Below, piece after piece: positions 1 to 15,932 of a stretch of 28,309 nt of DNA. The stretch is from positions 2,465,883 to 2,494,191 of the forward strand of contig CM074818.1 of assembly GCA_037447605.1 (NCBI GenBank), read 5' to 3'. The stretch comes from Zygnema circumcarinatum SAG 698-1b (taxonomy: Eukaryota; Plantae; Zygnematophyceae). Position 1 is the first letter of the stretch; each line of letters opens with the position of its first letter. The position numbers were made by a program, and so were the translations under genes. The notes beneath the pieces were generated by a model. The model made no database searches and was not told the DNA's origin. It saw only the letters and a program-made list of their open reading frames with translations.

Positions 1-569
1 CTTCTCTCGGAAGCCTTCCCTAATTCCACATAGGCTGTTGTACCTATTCGCGATAAATCGCTACACTTCCACGAAAGACTACCCTTCTCCGGTAGCTTCA
101 CGCGACCCACGTAGAGGTGCGCCCGGAGGGGTTTATTGCACAAGGCTCCTGCAAGGTTAGATAAACCAGCGAATACCGGATGCTCAGCCCCGCACAACAT
201 TGGAATAAGAACACTTTCAAAAAACACGTAAAATAATAGCAAATCCAGCATACAAAACACAGCTATCATGAAGGATTCTAAAATCAAAAACGCTATTATG
301 TATTCTTTCTTGTAATTTTGAATGGTAACCCAACCTACCAAAATGCAGATAGGTACCAAAAAGGTAGTCAAAATTACAAACAATAAAGAAATACCGTCTA
401 ATCCAATGTAAAAATTGATATTAGAATAAGGAAGCCAGTTGATAGTTTCTACAAACTGAAAATTTGGAGTAGAATTATCAAATCGAATCCAAAACAAAAG
501 TGAATACACAAAAGTAATCAAAGACACGGACACGGACTCTACAAGTGGGAGGTGAGATTGCAGCCTTAC

Positions 570-1203
570 AGTAACAAGAACGAGCCCTTGGTAGAAGCCA
601 AACATTGAACCGGCCAAGATGGCCAGTAGAAGTGAGCCGGGGATTATGAAGGTCTGCACGAAAAGGTAGAGAGCCGCAAACGCAAACGCCACTCTTCGTG
701 GGAACTTTACATGATAGAGGCCAACAGTGCGACGAACCATCCTTAACTCGTCCATGTTCCTCGGTATCTGCACCCGTCCACCACATTCCGTCAAGCTGGA
801 CCAATCGAATGACTCTATGCCGCCAGTTTTTCGAATAGGGACACAAGAATGATTGCAAAGTAAAAGTAATTACCTTGAGCAGCAAAACAGATGTCGAATC
901 CTTTGCAGCACCAGCCTCTATATGGATCTCTGAGTGAGGAAATGTCATAAAAAGGGCTATCAGCAGCGATAGGGACGCAGAGAGAATGAGGACCAAGATC
1001 AGCAGCTTGTATAGCCAACTAACTCGCTTCCTGCGCAGTCCTCCCCATACAATCCCTTCTGCTGCAGCAGCCTCCTCCAGTCTCTCAAAAGAGCTCCCCT
1101 TAGCGGGATGGTCACACACCACCTCAACATCGGAGCCTCCATTCGACTCATAAAACCGCCGATGCTGCGCGCGGGGGGATGGCAACATGCGCGGGACATC
1201 CAT
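570..1203 (-). CDS. VTT/DedA-family (TMEM41B-like, SNARE-associated Golgi protein) membrane protein, 5' part only; the gene continues towards or beyond position 1
   Basis: ATG in ccgccATGG context at 1203. Exon 1203-874 (MDVPRM...TM helix...LLLK, donor GTAATT) joins in phase 0 to exon 767-570 (IPRNMDELRMVRRTVGLY...ALYLFVQTFIIPGSLLLAILAGSMFGFYQGLVLVT, donor GTAAGG). The F-x-x-P-G...LAG..FG motif is typical of plant VTT/TMEM41 proteins. No further exon was identified in 1-569. Confidence 0.85.
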
Positions 1204-2139
1204 GGCGGTGCAACGAAAGCACACCTCTGCCCGCTAGAGTACTGCGCAGCTTTGCAATGGGCTGCTGAAGGAGCTGCAAAAACCTCAGGACACCTCGCCC
1301 AGCTGCTCATGCTCCCCTCCTCACTTCCTTCCTCCTACGCATTGCTCCACATCTGCAGATCCTCCTCAGTTACAGGAGAAGTTACATTGAGAGCCAAGGA
1401 TTGCCATTCCTTTGATCGAACGCAAGAGGGGAGATGCGCTAGCTGCAAGGGGACTGTTTTCGGATGTTCTGCCGACAAGAAGATAACAAGTGTGCTCCCT
1501 CTTGGTCATTGAGTTTCTGAGAACACATTCTCACCTTCAAATCCTCTCCCACGCAAAACCTTTTCAGGTCCAAGTATTCGCACTTTTGCATGCTTTACTA
1601 TGTTCACAATGCCTCCTTCAATCTCCAGCTACAATCAAATTCACGTACTCGTACGGTATTAAATCCCTGAAGCTTACCTTCTCTTCAATAAAACAAGAAC
1701 TTGCAGTAGTTCTGCACGGACAACAGAAATTCCCTTACCAGACGGCGCTATAACTTTCCACAGAATTTCGTTCCATTTGTACTTCCCATCCTTTCCTCTT
1801 GGGTCTGAGCCTGCAGGAACGTGTAGAATCCGAGCTTCAACATTCTTGTTCTCATCACCTTCACTATATGGAGCTTCTATTTTCACTAACAGCCGACTGG
1901 TAGGACTTAGTCGACAGTTAGAAAGTTTTCAAGATGTCGAGTTCCATACATATCCCTTGACTTTACGAAGGACGCTGGCGAGTGCCAAGTGCAAAACATT
2001 GGTAAGATTGCTTGGCCCACCGTAGCTTTATCCAAAGGATCCAGTTTGACGACGCCTGTAAGCCAGCCCAGCTCCAGAGATGCAGTGATGCTGACGAGTG
2101 TCCTCCTCGCCAGTGTCAGCCAAGCCGGCACGCCCTCCC

Positions 2140-2353
2140 CTTCCCTTCCCTCCCCTCCCCTCCGCCCCGACAGAGCGACAGCGCCAGTCCAGGACCGCCC
2201 GCGAGCCTGCCTGCGCCTGCAGGTGCCGTACGGCTCGTGAGTCGTGAGTCACGTGACGCACCGCAACGGGAAGAGGGCGCACCCTCCCGCCATCTGCCCG
2301 CCCCCTCGCGAAGGCGAGGGCGAGAGGGTGGTCACAGGAGGAAGGCCGTAGCC
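2140..2353. promoter_or_regulatory. Probable shared promoter region of AGT2 (+) and the VTT gene (-)
   Basis: GC-rich island with overlapping TGAGTCA (2245-2251), GTCACGTGAC (2248-2257) and TGACGCA (2254-2260), plus the palindrome GCCGTACGGC (2225-2234). Confidence 0.45.
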
Positions 2354-5300
2354 ATGGCCATGGCGGGGGCGGCGAGGCGCTGCGCCGAGGCCGCGAGGAG
2401 GGCGAGGGCGACGGCGAGGGCGTACTCGCAGGCGGTGCCGCAGCCCGCCATGGCCACGGCCAAGGCCGAGCCGCAGCTGCCGCCCTTCGCCCACTCTCCG
2501 CAGCCGTATACGGGGCCGCGCGCAGAGGAGGTGCTGGCCAAGCGCCAGCGCTTCCTCAACCCCGCGCTCTTCCTATACTACAAGAAACCGGTCAGGGCTG
2601 CCCCTCTTCCCTGCCTGCCTCCCCTCAGCACGCGCTGGCTGGCTGACTGAGTCTGAACGGAGGAGGCTCTGCGCAGGTGAACATCGTGGAGGGGCGCATG
2701 CAGTACCTATTCGACGAGAACGGGCGGCGATACCTGGACGCCTTCGCCGGCATCGTGACGGTGTCCGTGGGGCACTGCCACCCGCGCCTGGTGGCGGCCG
2801 TGAACGAGCAGAACGCGCGCCTGCAGCACACCACCACCATCTACCTCAACCATCAGGTCGCCGACTACGCAGAGGCGCTTGCGCAGAGAATGCCCGGCAA
2901 CCTCAAGGCACGCCTCGCCCCTGCATCTCGTCGATTGCATGCACTTCGGAAACGCGTGCAAAGCACTACTGTCTGCGCCCAGGGTTCATATTTAGGCAGC
3001 TTCGTGGACGTGGGCAGCACAAAAACTGCTCCAAGTAGAAAGTTCTCAAAGTTCCACATCCCCCGTTCCGCTCTCTGCACGAACTGGTACTGAATTGAGT
3101 GGAACTTCACGGACATTTTGCAGCCAGGGAAACAAATGAGCAGCTAAATTCTAAGGGCGCTCCTCATCATGGGGATATTGGATGCACAGTCTGAGTGGTA
3201 AAGCACCAAGAGTTGTATGAGAAGTGCCAATGGTGCAGATAGGGCTGAAATGGGGCAGGTTGTGTATTTCGTCAACTCGGGTTCAGAAGCAAACGACATG
3301 GCTATGCTCATGGCGCGGTTGTACACCGGCAATTATGACATTTTGGCCCTGCGAAATGCCTATCATGGGATGAGCCCCTCGACAATGGGGCTGACTGCTC
3401 ACGGCACGTGGAAGTATTCTGTTCCCCAGGCAAGCACCAATCGCGTCCTGCGACCGTTAGGGTTGTGTCTAGTCGACTTACGGTCATCTCCGCTGCAAGT
3501 TTTGAGCACGATTTGTCTTGGAAGGTGTTAGAAATGGGGGGGGACAGTAGGATCTTGATATTTAACTGTCCTTTCCAAGTACGGAAAATATAGCTCATGC
3601 CGGTAGTGGTTAACAGTGACTAGAGTCCATGCTTCAAACCCTATTCTTGAATGAATTACGAGCAGTGGTACGTGTTCCAATAATGAATGCGCGACGGCAT
3701 ACGCGACGCGATACATTATCAGAGAGGTTACTTCGCCCCAGCAAATAGATTGCCAATTGCAAAATATATCGCTTTAAATTCAAGGAATGAGTTTTGCGAA
3801 ATTGTGGCAAGGCACATTTCCGCGGCGTAGCGCGCTAGCCTGCAGTGTATACTTATTACTAAGCAGCTGTTGGTGGAGAGTCGTGGAGCAGGGCTTTGGA
3901 ATTCATCACATGCTGAACCCTGATCCATATCGAGGCATCTTCGGCGGCGATGGGGCGGCCTATGCTCGAGATGTGGCCAACTTCATTGAAGCTGCCACTC
4001 CCGGCCGAGTGGCAGCCTTCTTTGCAGAGACTATCCAGGTGCTTACCAGCACCTTTAGCGTGTTATGTGGCTGTCCGAAACACAGCTTGTCAAGCTACAA
4101 TCATCGTTTAAGCTGGAAGTCGCATAGCTTGTTTTTGGCAGAGCTGTTTTGGAGCCGATGATAGCAAATGTGTTCAATTCAAGACTCGGCCGAGTTCTGA
4201 ATAATGTAGTGCACACTGTGAACAGGGAGTTGGCGGTGCCGTTGAGCTGGCGGATGGCTACCTGCCGGCTGTGTATGAAACTGTTCGGCAGGCAGGGGGT
4301 CTGTGCGTTGCTGATGAAGTGCAAACCGGGTTTGGACGTACGGGAAGCCACTATTGGGGCTTTGAGACCAAGGGAGTTCTGCCGGATATCGTCACCATGG
4401 CCAAGGTGGGCCTGCATGCCTTTTTCCTTCGCGATAACCCGTTGAAGTCGTCTCCGGAAGGGTTAAGTTCTTGTCCTAACCTTGTCGGAAAGTGAGTTGC
4501 AGGGGATCGGCAACGGCCTGCCTCTGGCCGCTGTGGTGACGACTCCAGAAATCGCAGCTGTGATGTCACAGCGTCTGCATTTCAACACGTACGGCGGCAA
4601 TCCGGTGTGCTCTGCGGCTGGCCAGGAAGTGCTCAAAATCATCGACGACGAGTCACGGCAAGCGCATTGCGCAGAAGTAGGCACGCATCTGTTGGACCGC
4701 TTTCGGGTCCTTCAGGAGAAGCACGAGGGTGAGGAGACTGCCCGTCCCGCTCCCCTTGTCTTTTCACTCTTTGCTTCCAGAAAGTTGCACAAGAAATGGC
4801 TCCCTTTGCAGTCTAAAGGGGTCTGTCTGTCTGTGCTGCGCTGTGCAGTGATTGGACACGTGCGAGGGCGCGGTCTGATGCTCGGAGTGGAGCTCGTCTC
4901 CGACCGCGCTACCAAGACACCCGCCAAAGCAGAGACTCTGCAAGTGTTTGAACGTCTCAAGGGTGAGCTGCATACTTTCTGTGCCTCTCTTAACGCGTTG
5001 CCTGCATATGCAGCCATATTTGTTGCTGTAATTGAATTGTTGGGTAAGGAAAGAAATTTGATGAAATACCACCTCGTTTTTTCTCGTGTTGGAAACTGCA
5101 CGTTCAATTCATCGCTTTCTCGCTTCCCTTTGATACGTAGAGTGGCCACAGTCATGCCTGAACGCTTAGAGGCTTTTTTGCTCACATGGGGGATTCCAGC
5201 CTCTGAAATTAGAATGGAAACTTGCGATGGGATGGGGGGCAGATCTCGGCGTGCTTGTGGGGAAGGGCGGCCTGCATGGGAACGTCTTCCGCGTGAAACC

Positions 5301-5520
5301 TCCGATGTGCTTCTCCATGGAAGATGCGGGTGCGCCTGCCTGCTCGCGGCTCCTTCTCGATTGAAAACAATATTCGCTTGCACTCACCCGGACTTGCATT
5401 GTCAAATCTTTTGATAGACAGAGTTGTGAACCCGTTTTTGAGAACGACTGCCTAATTCGTTTTGCGGTTTGCGCAGATTTCTTGGTCGAGTGCATGGACC
5501 TGGCGCTGTCGGAGCTGTGA
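2354..5520 (+). CDS. AGT2: Alanine:glyoxylate aminotransferase 2 homolog, mitochondrial (class-III PLP aminotransferase, AGT2/PYD4 family), about 478 aa
   Basis: Exons 2354-2590, 2677-2907, 3259-3429, 3892-4038, 4226-4405, 4503-4728, 4849-4962, 5243-5329, 5477-5520 sum to 1437 nt with consistent phases. Motifs present: [51 protein letters not shown] (PLP lysine), GNVFRVKPP. The N-terminus is Arg/Ala-rich like a presequence. Introns 2 and 3 need GC donors. Confidence 0.96.
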
Positions 5521-6189
5521 GGAGGGAGGCGAACCGCGTACAGTTACAGTTACAGTTACAGCGGGCGGCCCGGCGGCAGGCCGTACAGAGGAGAGGAGCC
5601 GCCGCCGCCTCCGCTGGAACGAGCACGCGGCGGCGCTGCGCCTCGCTCTAGTCGCTTCAGGCGCTCAACCAGCAGCCGTCTCGTTTTTGTTTAGAATTGA
5701 TTGTATTTACAGGCAGAGGTCATCCGTGTCAATATGTATCTTTCATTGCTTATGTAATCGTGTATACAGTGATATAGCTATGCAGGCCTTGGCGGACCGC
5801 CCCCCCTCCCCTTCCTTGTTCGTAGCAGCAATAGGGCGTGTCAAACTTAAACAAAAAATTGGTAATGAGTATCGCTCCAACAAACAGCTTCCAAGTCCTC
5901 TCGTGAGGCCCCAGCGCGTGCTCGTTTTGGACTCTTGTCAAAGTGCGAAGTTCGGCCGGCCAGACCTGCCCCGCCCCTTGCTGCGCCGTCGGCGAAAGAG
6001 ACAACAGGAAAAAGGAACGAAGCGCCGCGCAACTTCCGCCGACCTACACATCTTGCCACCGACCTACGCTGCCGCCCGGCCCTGTCCGAAGCGCGCGGAG
6101 GGCACCCCGGGCCGTACGAGCGCCGCACCGTACAGCGCCCGCCGGGCGGTGCAGGCAGCCATGGCGACGGCGGCCATGGCCATGGCCGG

Positions 6190-6227
6190 AGGCAGAGGCA
6201 GAGGCAGAGGCAGAGGCAGAGGCAGAG
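6190..6227 (+). repeat. (GGCAGA)6 hexamer microsatellite in the 5' region of the exonuclease gene
   Basis: Six tandem GGCAGA units read directly. Confidence 0.9.
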
Positions 6228-6400
6228 CCGCGGCAGTCATGGCGGGGGCGGGGAGGGGCCACTGACGCGTGCGAGCGCCATGCGCGTGGCACGTGGCCTC
6301 GTGGCTCTGCCGATACTCGCCGGAGCGCGCGCGGCGCTGCGGGGAGGCGGGGAGGCGGCGGCGGCCCTGGGAGCAGCGCAGGGGAGGCTACCGCTCCGCC

Positions 6401-11176
<4,776 letters not shown>

Positions 11177-12256
11177 GCAGGTGTTGCTTCCCTTCGCTGA
11201 ATTAGGTCGTCACTGATATGGCTCACCAGCACCCGAAGCTTATCCTGTCCTGTCCTGTCCTGTCTTCGTACAGTCGCTTATTTGCTTAGTGTATGGGCTG
11301 ACTCGGGAATGTAGGAGGTGGATGTATTAGGTTGGTGAAATAGTTATTTGACGTTTGCTTCCATTTGTCAACGTGTTTGAAGCACATTCTGTAACTGTGT
11401 TTATGGAATCAAGGCTATGCAGTACAAACGCAGCGGGCACTAGTGCAGCCACCCTACAAATGGTTGAGCTTTAAAGTTTTTGCCATCATTCCTGCAAGCC
11501 ACCTTCGAGTGTTTTTTCAACCTCATCAATTCCTGACTCTGAAGCGTCCTGTCTTCCCCCACCTCAACTTTAGCAGACAGACACTCATACACAACTTTAG
11601 CAGACTGTGGACACCTTTCAGTACGTGAGTTAGACGATGAGCGTAACTGGCATATAAGGTCCTCATATCTGCCACACTAGCAGGCAAGGAGAAAGGTGCT
11701 GCCGTTACAACTCGAGGCGACTTCCAGACAGTCAGACAGTCACTCCATTGACCTTAAACTTCAGCAACCATGAAGTCGAAACAGACCGCAGTCACAACCG
11801 CATGCCACACACAAGCTGAGCTCGTGAAGGCTGCAAATGGCGCAGTATAGAGAGCAGAGATCAGGCACAAGCCCAAACAACAAACACTAAAATGTAGGAT
11901 AGTGGGAGGCATGAATTGGTACACGGCTTGGGAGACTGAGGCCACAGTGACGCTAGGGGTCCCGGTGCGACTGCACGTTCCCTGGCGCTAACTGCAGGCC
12001 GAGACGAGACGAGCCAGCAGCGGCAAACACCATAACCTATCCTCAAGCCCTGGCATCTTCTCCCCTTCCATCTTGGCCTTCAACGAAAGGGCAGTGTTAC
12101 CTGCGCGGATCTTCTTCACAACTGCTCTGCTGCCACCCGTTCTGCATTTTCCAAGTAAACCTGACGAGAGCATGGCCAATGCTCGCTGTAGCATAACATA
12201 CCAATTCTACACATAGGACATTTGCGAGTTGAATGTACTACTTGACCAGGGTCCGC

Positions 12257-15200
12257 CTATTCTAATGAAGACGTTTTAAATTCACGCAATGCGCTTACGT
12301 TGAGGCGAATGGAAGGGCCCATTGTGGTGCAAACATATGCCGTTTTCCAGTAAACTCCTTTTGATCCGCTGGGCCGGTTGGAATCCACCGAGTTCTGCAG
12401 AATATCAATGAGGCCATTGGCCCCACACAATAGGCATCAGTCCTATTCATGGTTGATACTCCAAAGGACCTTGAATGCGCAACATACGAATCTGAACAAT
12501 GTACAAGTGCGAGCACACATGGATCGCACTGCAATCACATCGGCGTAATACCAGGGAGTTGTTGAATTTGCATAGCCTCCTTTAGAACAAAGTCAAAACG
12601 AGATTAACACCCAAGAATCCAAAGGTTGAGTTTTTTGAAATGGATGAAAATCGACCTGGACCACTATACTCTCCACATCGAGGATAGACAAAGACAGATT
12701 GTGGAAAATCTCCACAACATGACATGGCAAGGCATCTCTGGGAGTCAGTTGCAAGCAACGGTCTTACTGACAGAAAGCCACCACTTTTGGCTAGATAGAA
12801 ATGGCCCTAACGGCTACCATGCGTCTCAATTTCAAAAGAGTAAGCACACCAGCAACATAACGTCCCAATTTGTCCCGACAATAGATATCTGCAAGCAACA
12901 AACATCCTCTCAAGTGGCCATGACGGCGACATGTCCACTTGCCACAAAAGGGTCGAGTTTGATTACCACAACAGCGATGAGATTGACAAGAAGATCGTCC
13001 GCGCTGAAGCTACTTTTGCCAAATAGCACATGCACGATCCCTGTTTTGTCCGCACGGTATTCTACTTTCCCTGCCTTGAACTCTCCAATAGCCTGCGAAT
13101 TGCCGCCAGACCAGCCGAGTCACAAATCAGTGTAAACAGCATAAGAAGAGCAACGACAGAAGATACAATGAGTTATCTACAGAAAAGCAGTCAGATGAAG
13201 AACAAGAAGCGAGCAGAAATATAAATGCAGAGCGGAACCCGAGCTGAAACGGTCAGTCAGAAACGAAGACATGCCAAAAACGCTACTTACCGATGTCAGA
13301 TCTGTTGTGACGGTGCCTGCCTTGGGATTGGGCATGAGTCCACGAGGCCCCAATAGTCGACCCAATTTGGCCGCCTGGCAACGACAGAAAGCATCACAGG
13401 TTAAGTAAGACCCAACGACGTCCAATGGCTTGAGGAACTGTTGCTGCCCAGAGCTCATGTCGAACAATTTTCTGTCTGTCAGGCAGGATTGGCACGTGTT
13501 GGGCGCAGATGGGGGAGCTTGCCTTGGGCATCATGTCAGGAGTGGCAATCAGCTTATCGAACTCAAGAAAGCCGCCCTGAATTCGCTCTATTAGATCCTC
13601 TCCTCCAACGATATCAGCACCGGCATTAGTCGCCTCCATCTGCTTTTCTCCTGCAGGGCCATGACCAGAATTCCCCTGTCTCAGCTCACTGCGCCTACTT
13701 GTACATACAGGCTTCAATTCTAAGAATTTCTCATTTACCAGCTCAAAACGGCATTTGAGGTCCTAATTTGTTTCTCCAACGGTTTAAAACTCCTCCAACT
13801 CAGATTACCCAAGCCTTTAATCGGCAGTTCCTGAATATGGGCAGTCCAATCCAAGCCTCCCGAAAGCACGGAGCCTGGAGCAATCTAGACTCGCTCAGAA
13901 ATGTGCGTCGACAGGCGCAAGTGACCAGGCACAGCAGGCATTCGAAAATTATGCAGGAACAAAGTGTTCTGTATATTACCCTGTGTCAATACCGCCACTC
14001 GGATCACCTGTCCTGTTCCCTTAGGGAGCGACACCTGCTCTCAACCCGCGATCACCCATCCCAGGGCCCTCCTGAGGTGAGGGGAATCGTGATCAAGGCC
14101 ATCCTATTTGTCCGTATATCTTACCTACATTGTGCAGGAGTTCCAACCGACGGTTTGAATTCAGGAGCAGTAAGTCGTTTGCAATGTATTGGTACTAAGA
14201 AGAATTCATCAAATTCACCTAGTCATGCAGAGGTTCGACAGGTTCGTGAAATATGATAATGCTTATAGTGGCAAACGCAGGGCCATGGTCTACCTGCTGC
14301 TCGGAATGTGTCATGCAGCGGATTCGCGTCTCACCGTTGCACGGAGCTGCTGATCGGCGTACTTAGGGTCGATGTTGAGGCGGAAATGCGCCTCTGCAGA
14401 CTCGTCAAACTTCACACTCGCGGAGTTCTTCAGCAGCCGCACAGCTGTAGTTGGCTCGTACTCCTGCTTAGCTTCCCGCTGCTTCTGCACCTCCAAAAAG
14501 CGCTTTGAGCGCGTCTGCTCCCCAGAAGCATCCGTCAACACCACCCAGATAATTACGTGAGAATTTCAAATAGCTCTCCATTGCTTCAATTGCGTATTTC
14601 GTCAATAATCCCATGAATTCACACCCATTGCTTGTATGCGGTTGGGCGAGGGAAACGCGCTTGAGGCAAAGTTTGTCATTAGATACAGAGAGAGGCCAAT
14701 AGAACCGGCGGATTGCTCCGAAAGCTAGCAAGAAGGCTTATGTGGGGAGAGGAGCACTGGTTCAAGGAGAAAAAGGAGAATCCGCGGGTATGGGGGAAAT
14801 GGAAATAGAAAGAGGGGTCAGGACTACGAGCCGAAATGTGCAGGTATTAAAGGAACATGGCGATTGGGGTACAGGAAGGAGTCACAGAGCTAGTTAGTTC
14901 AGGCTCAGGCCCACCATTCAGAGTGCACGAAAGGCGGGTTTTCCAAGTAGAGAAAGTGATTAGGAACTGACTTGCACCCTTAGGACCGCTTCACAGAGGA
15001 GCAGGCAGCGCATGGGGAGCCCACCAAGAGCCACATGAAACACGCACCCAGTCACGCTTCAGGAGCAGGGCCCGCTTGCCGATGCGGGCCTTTTGCGGGC
15101 CGGGAGCGGGAGAGTAATCGTCTTCAGCAGCAGTCTCCTCCTCGAGCGTGGGGAACAGCTCCGCCACCGCCACAGTGGACGCCCTCGCCCTGACTTCTCG

Positions 15201-15380
15201 CCGCACGTCTGCCCACGTCCGCGCCTCGCGCTTCTGCAGCGTCCCTGCTCCAGCAGAGCGCAGCCCGACAGCGCTCCCCTTAAGGGCCGCTCTGCAGGGT
15301 CTGCCGCCGCTTGCTGCAGGCTCCAGCCGCAGGGCGGCGCTGGAGGCCACCAGCTCCGCCACGTGGCATGCGGTGCTCAT
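12257..15380 (-). CDS. RPL1: Plastid 50S ribosomal protein L1 (nucleus-encoded, transit peptide), about 347 aa
   Basis: Exons 15380-15048, 14514-14335, 14034-13980, 13650-13523, 13374-13291, 13092-12967, 12394-12257 sum to 1044 nt. Motifs present: [84 protein letters not shown]. Intron 4 has a GC donor. Confidence 0.96.
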
Positions 15381-15932
15381 GGTGGGGACGGCAGCGGAAG
15401 GCCGGGAGGGAGAGGGGGGAAGGGAAGGGGAAGGGGAAGGGTAAGGGGCTAGGCCAAAACCCCAGAACGGGAGCGATGGCAGGACAGGGTTCGGAGCGCG
15501 GCGCCTTATCTATCGCCTGCCAGGCGGCAGTCGGTCCAGGGCGGAGGGAGGGAGGGAGGGAGGGAGGGAGGCAGGCCCACGTCACCACCTCACAACGGGG
15601 CGGGCGGGCTGCCTGCCTGGCGGCCTCCCTCGTATCGGTATCGTAGCAGTACCGTATCGAAGATATTCTGTGAGTACCGCGACCCGGTCGGTCAACGGGA
15701 GCATTGAAGGGGCCGTTATCCGTACAGCGTAGGGGGAGGGCCGTTACTGTACGTACAGTATGGCGGGTGGGCGGGCCCCGCCGGTTTAAAGCGCGCTCGG
15801 TACAGTACAGTACGGTAGGTGCTTTTTGAGGGGCAGGAGGCCGCGGTCAACAAGCGGAGCAAGCAAAGCAGCAGAGCGTGGCTTGAGGCGGGCGAGGGAG
15901 GGAGGCACGGAGGGAGGACGAGGAGACCCGCC
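15381..15932. promoter_or_regulatory. Divergent (bidirectional) promoter region between RPL1 and the sulfotransferase-like gene, with a GTAC cluster
   Basis: Start codons are head-to-head 552 bp apart. The region is GC-rich, has (GGGA)n and (GGGGAA)n tracts, and carries eight GTAC cores between 15649 and 15813. Confidence 0.6.

Noticed and set aside
478-1224. Single-exon 248-aa ORF
   Set aside because: Only 1203-874 is coding in that frame; the conserved VTT sequence continues in another frame after an intron.
12626-13135. 169-aa plus-strand ORF
   Set aside because: Antisense to RPL1 exon and intron sequence, starts at a non-ATG codon and has no recognisable features.
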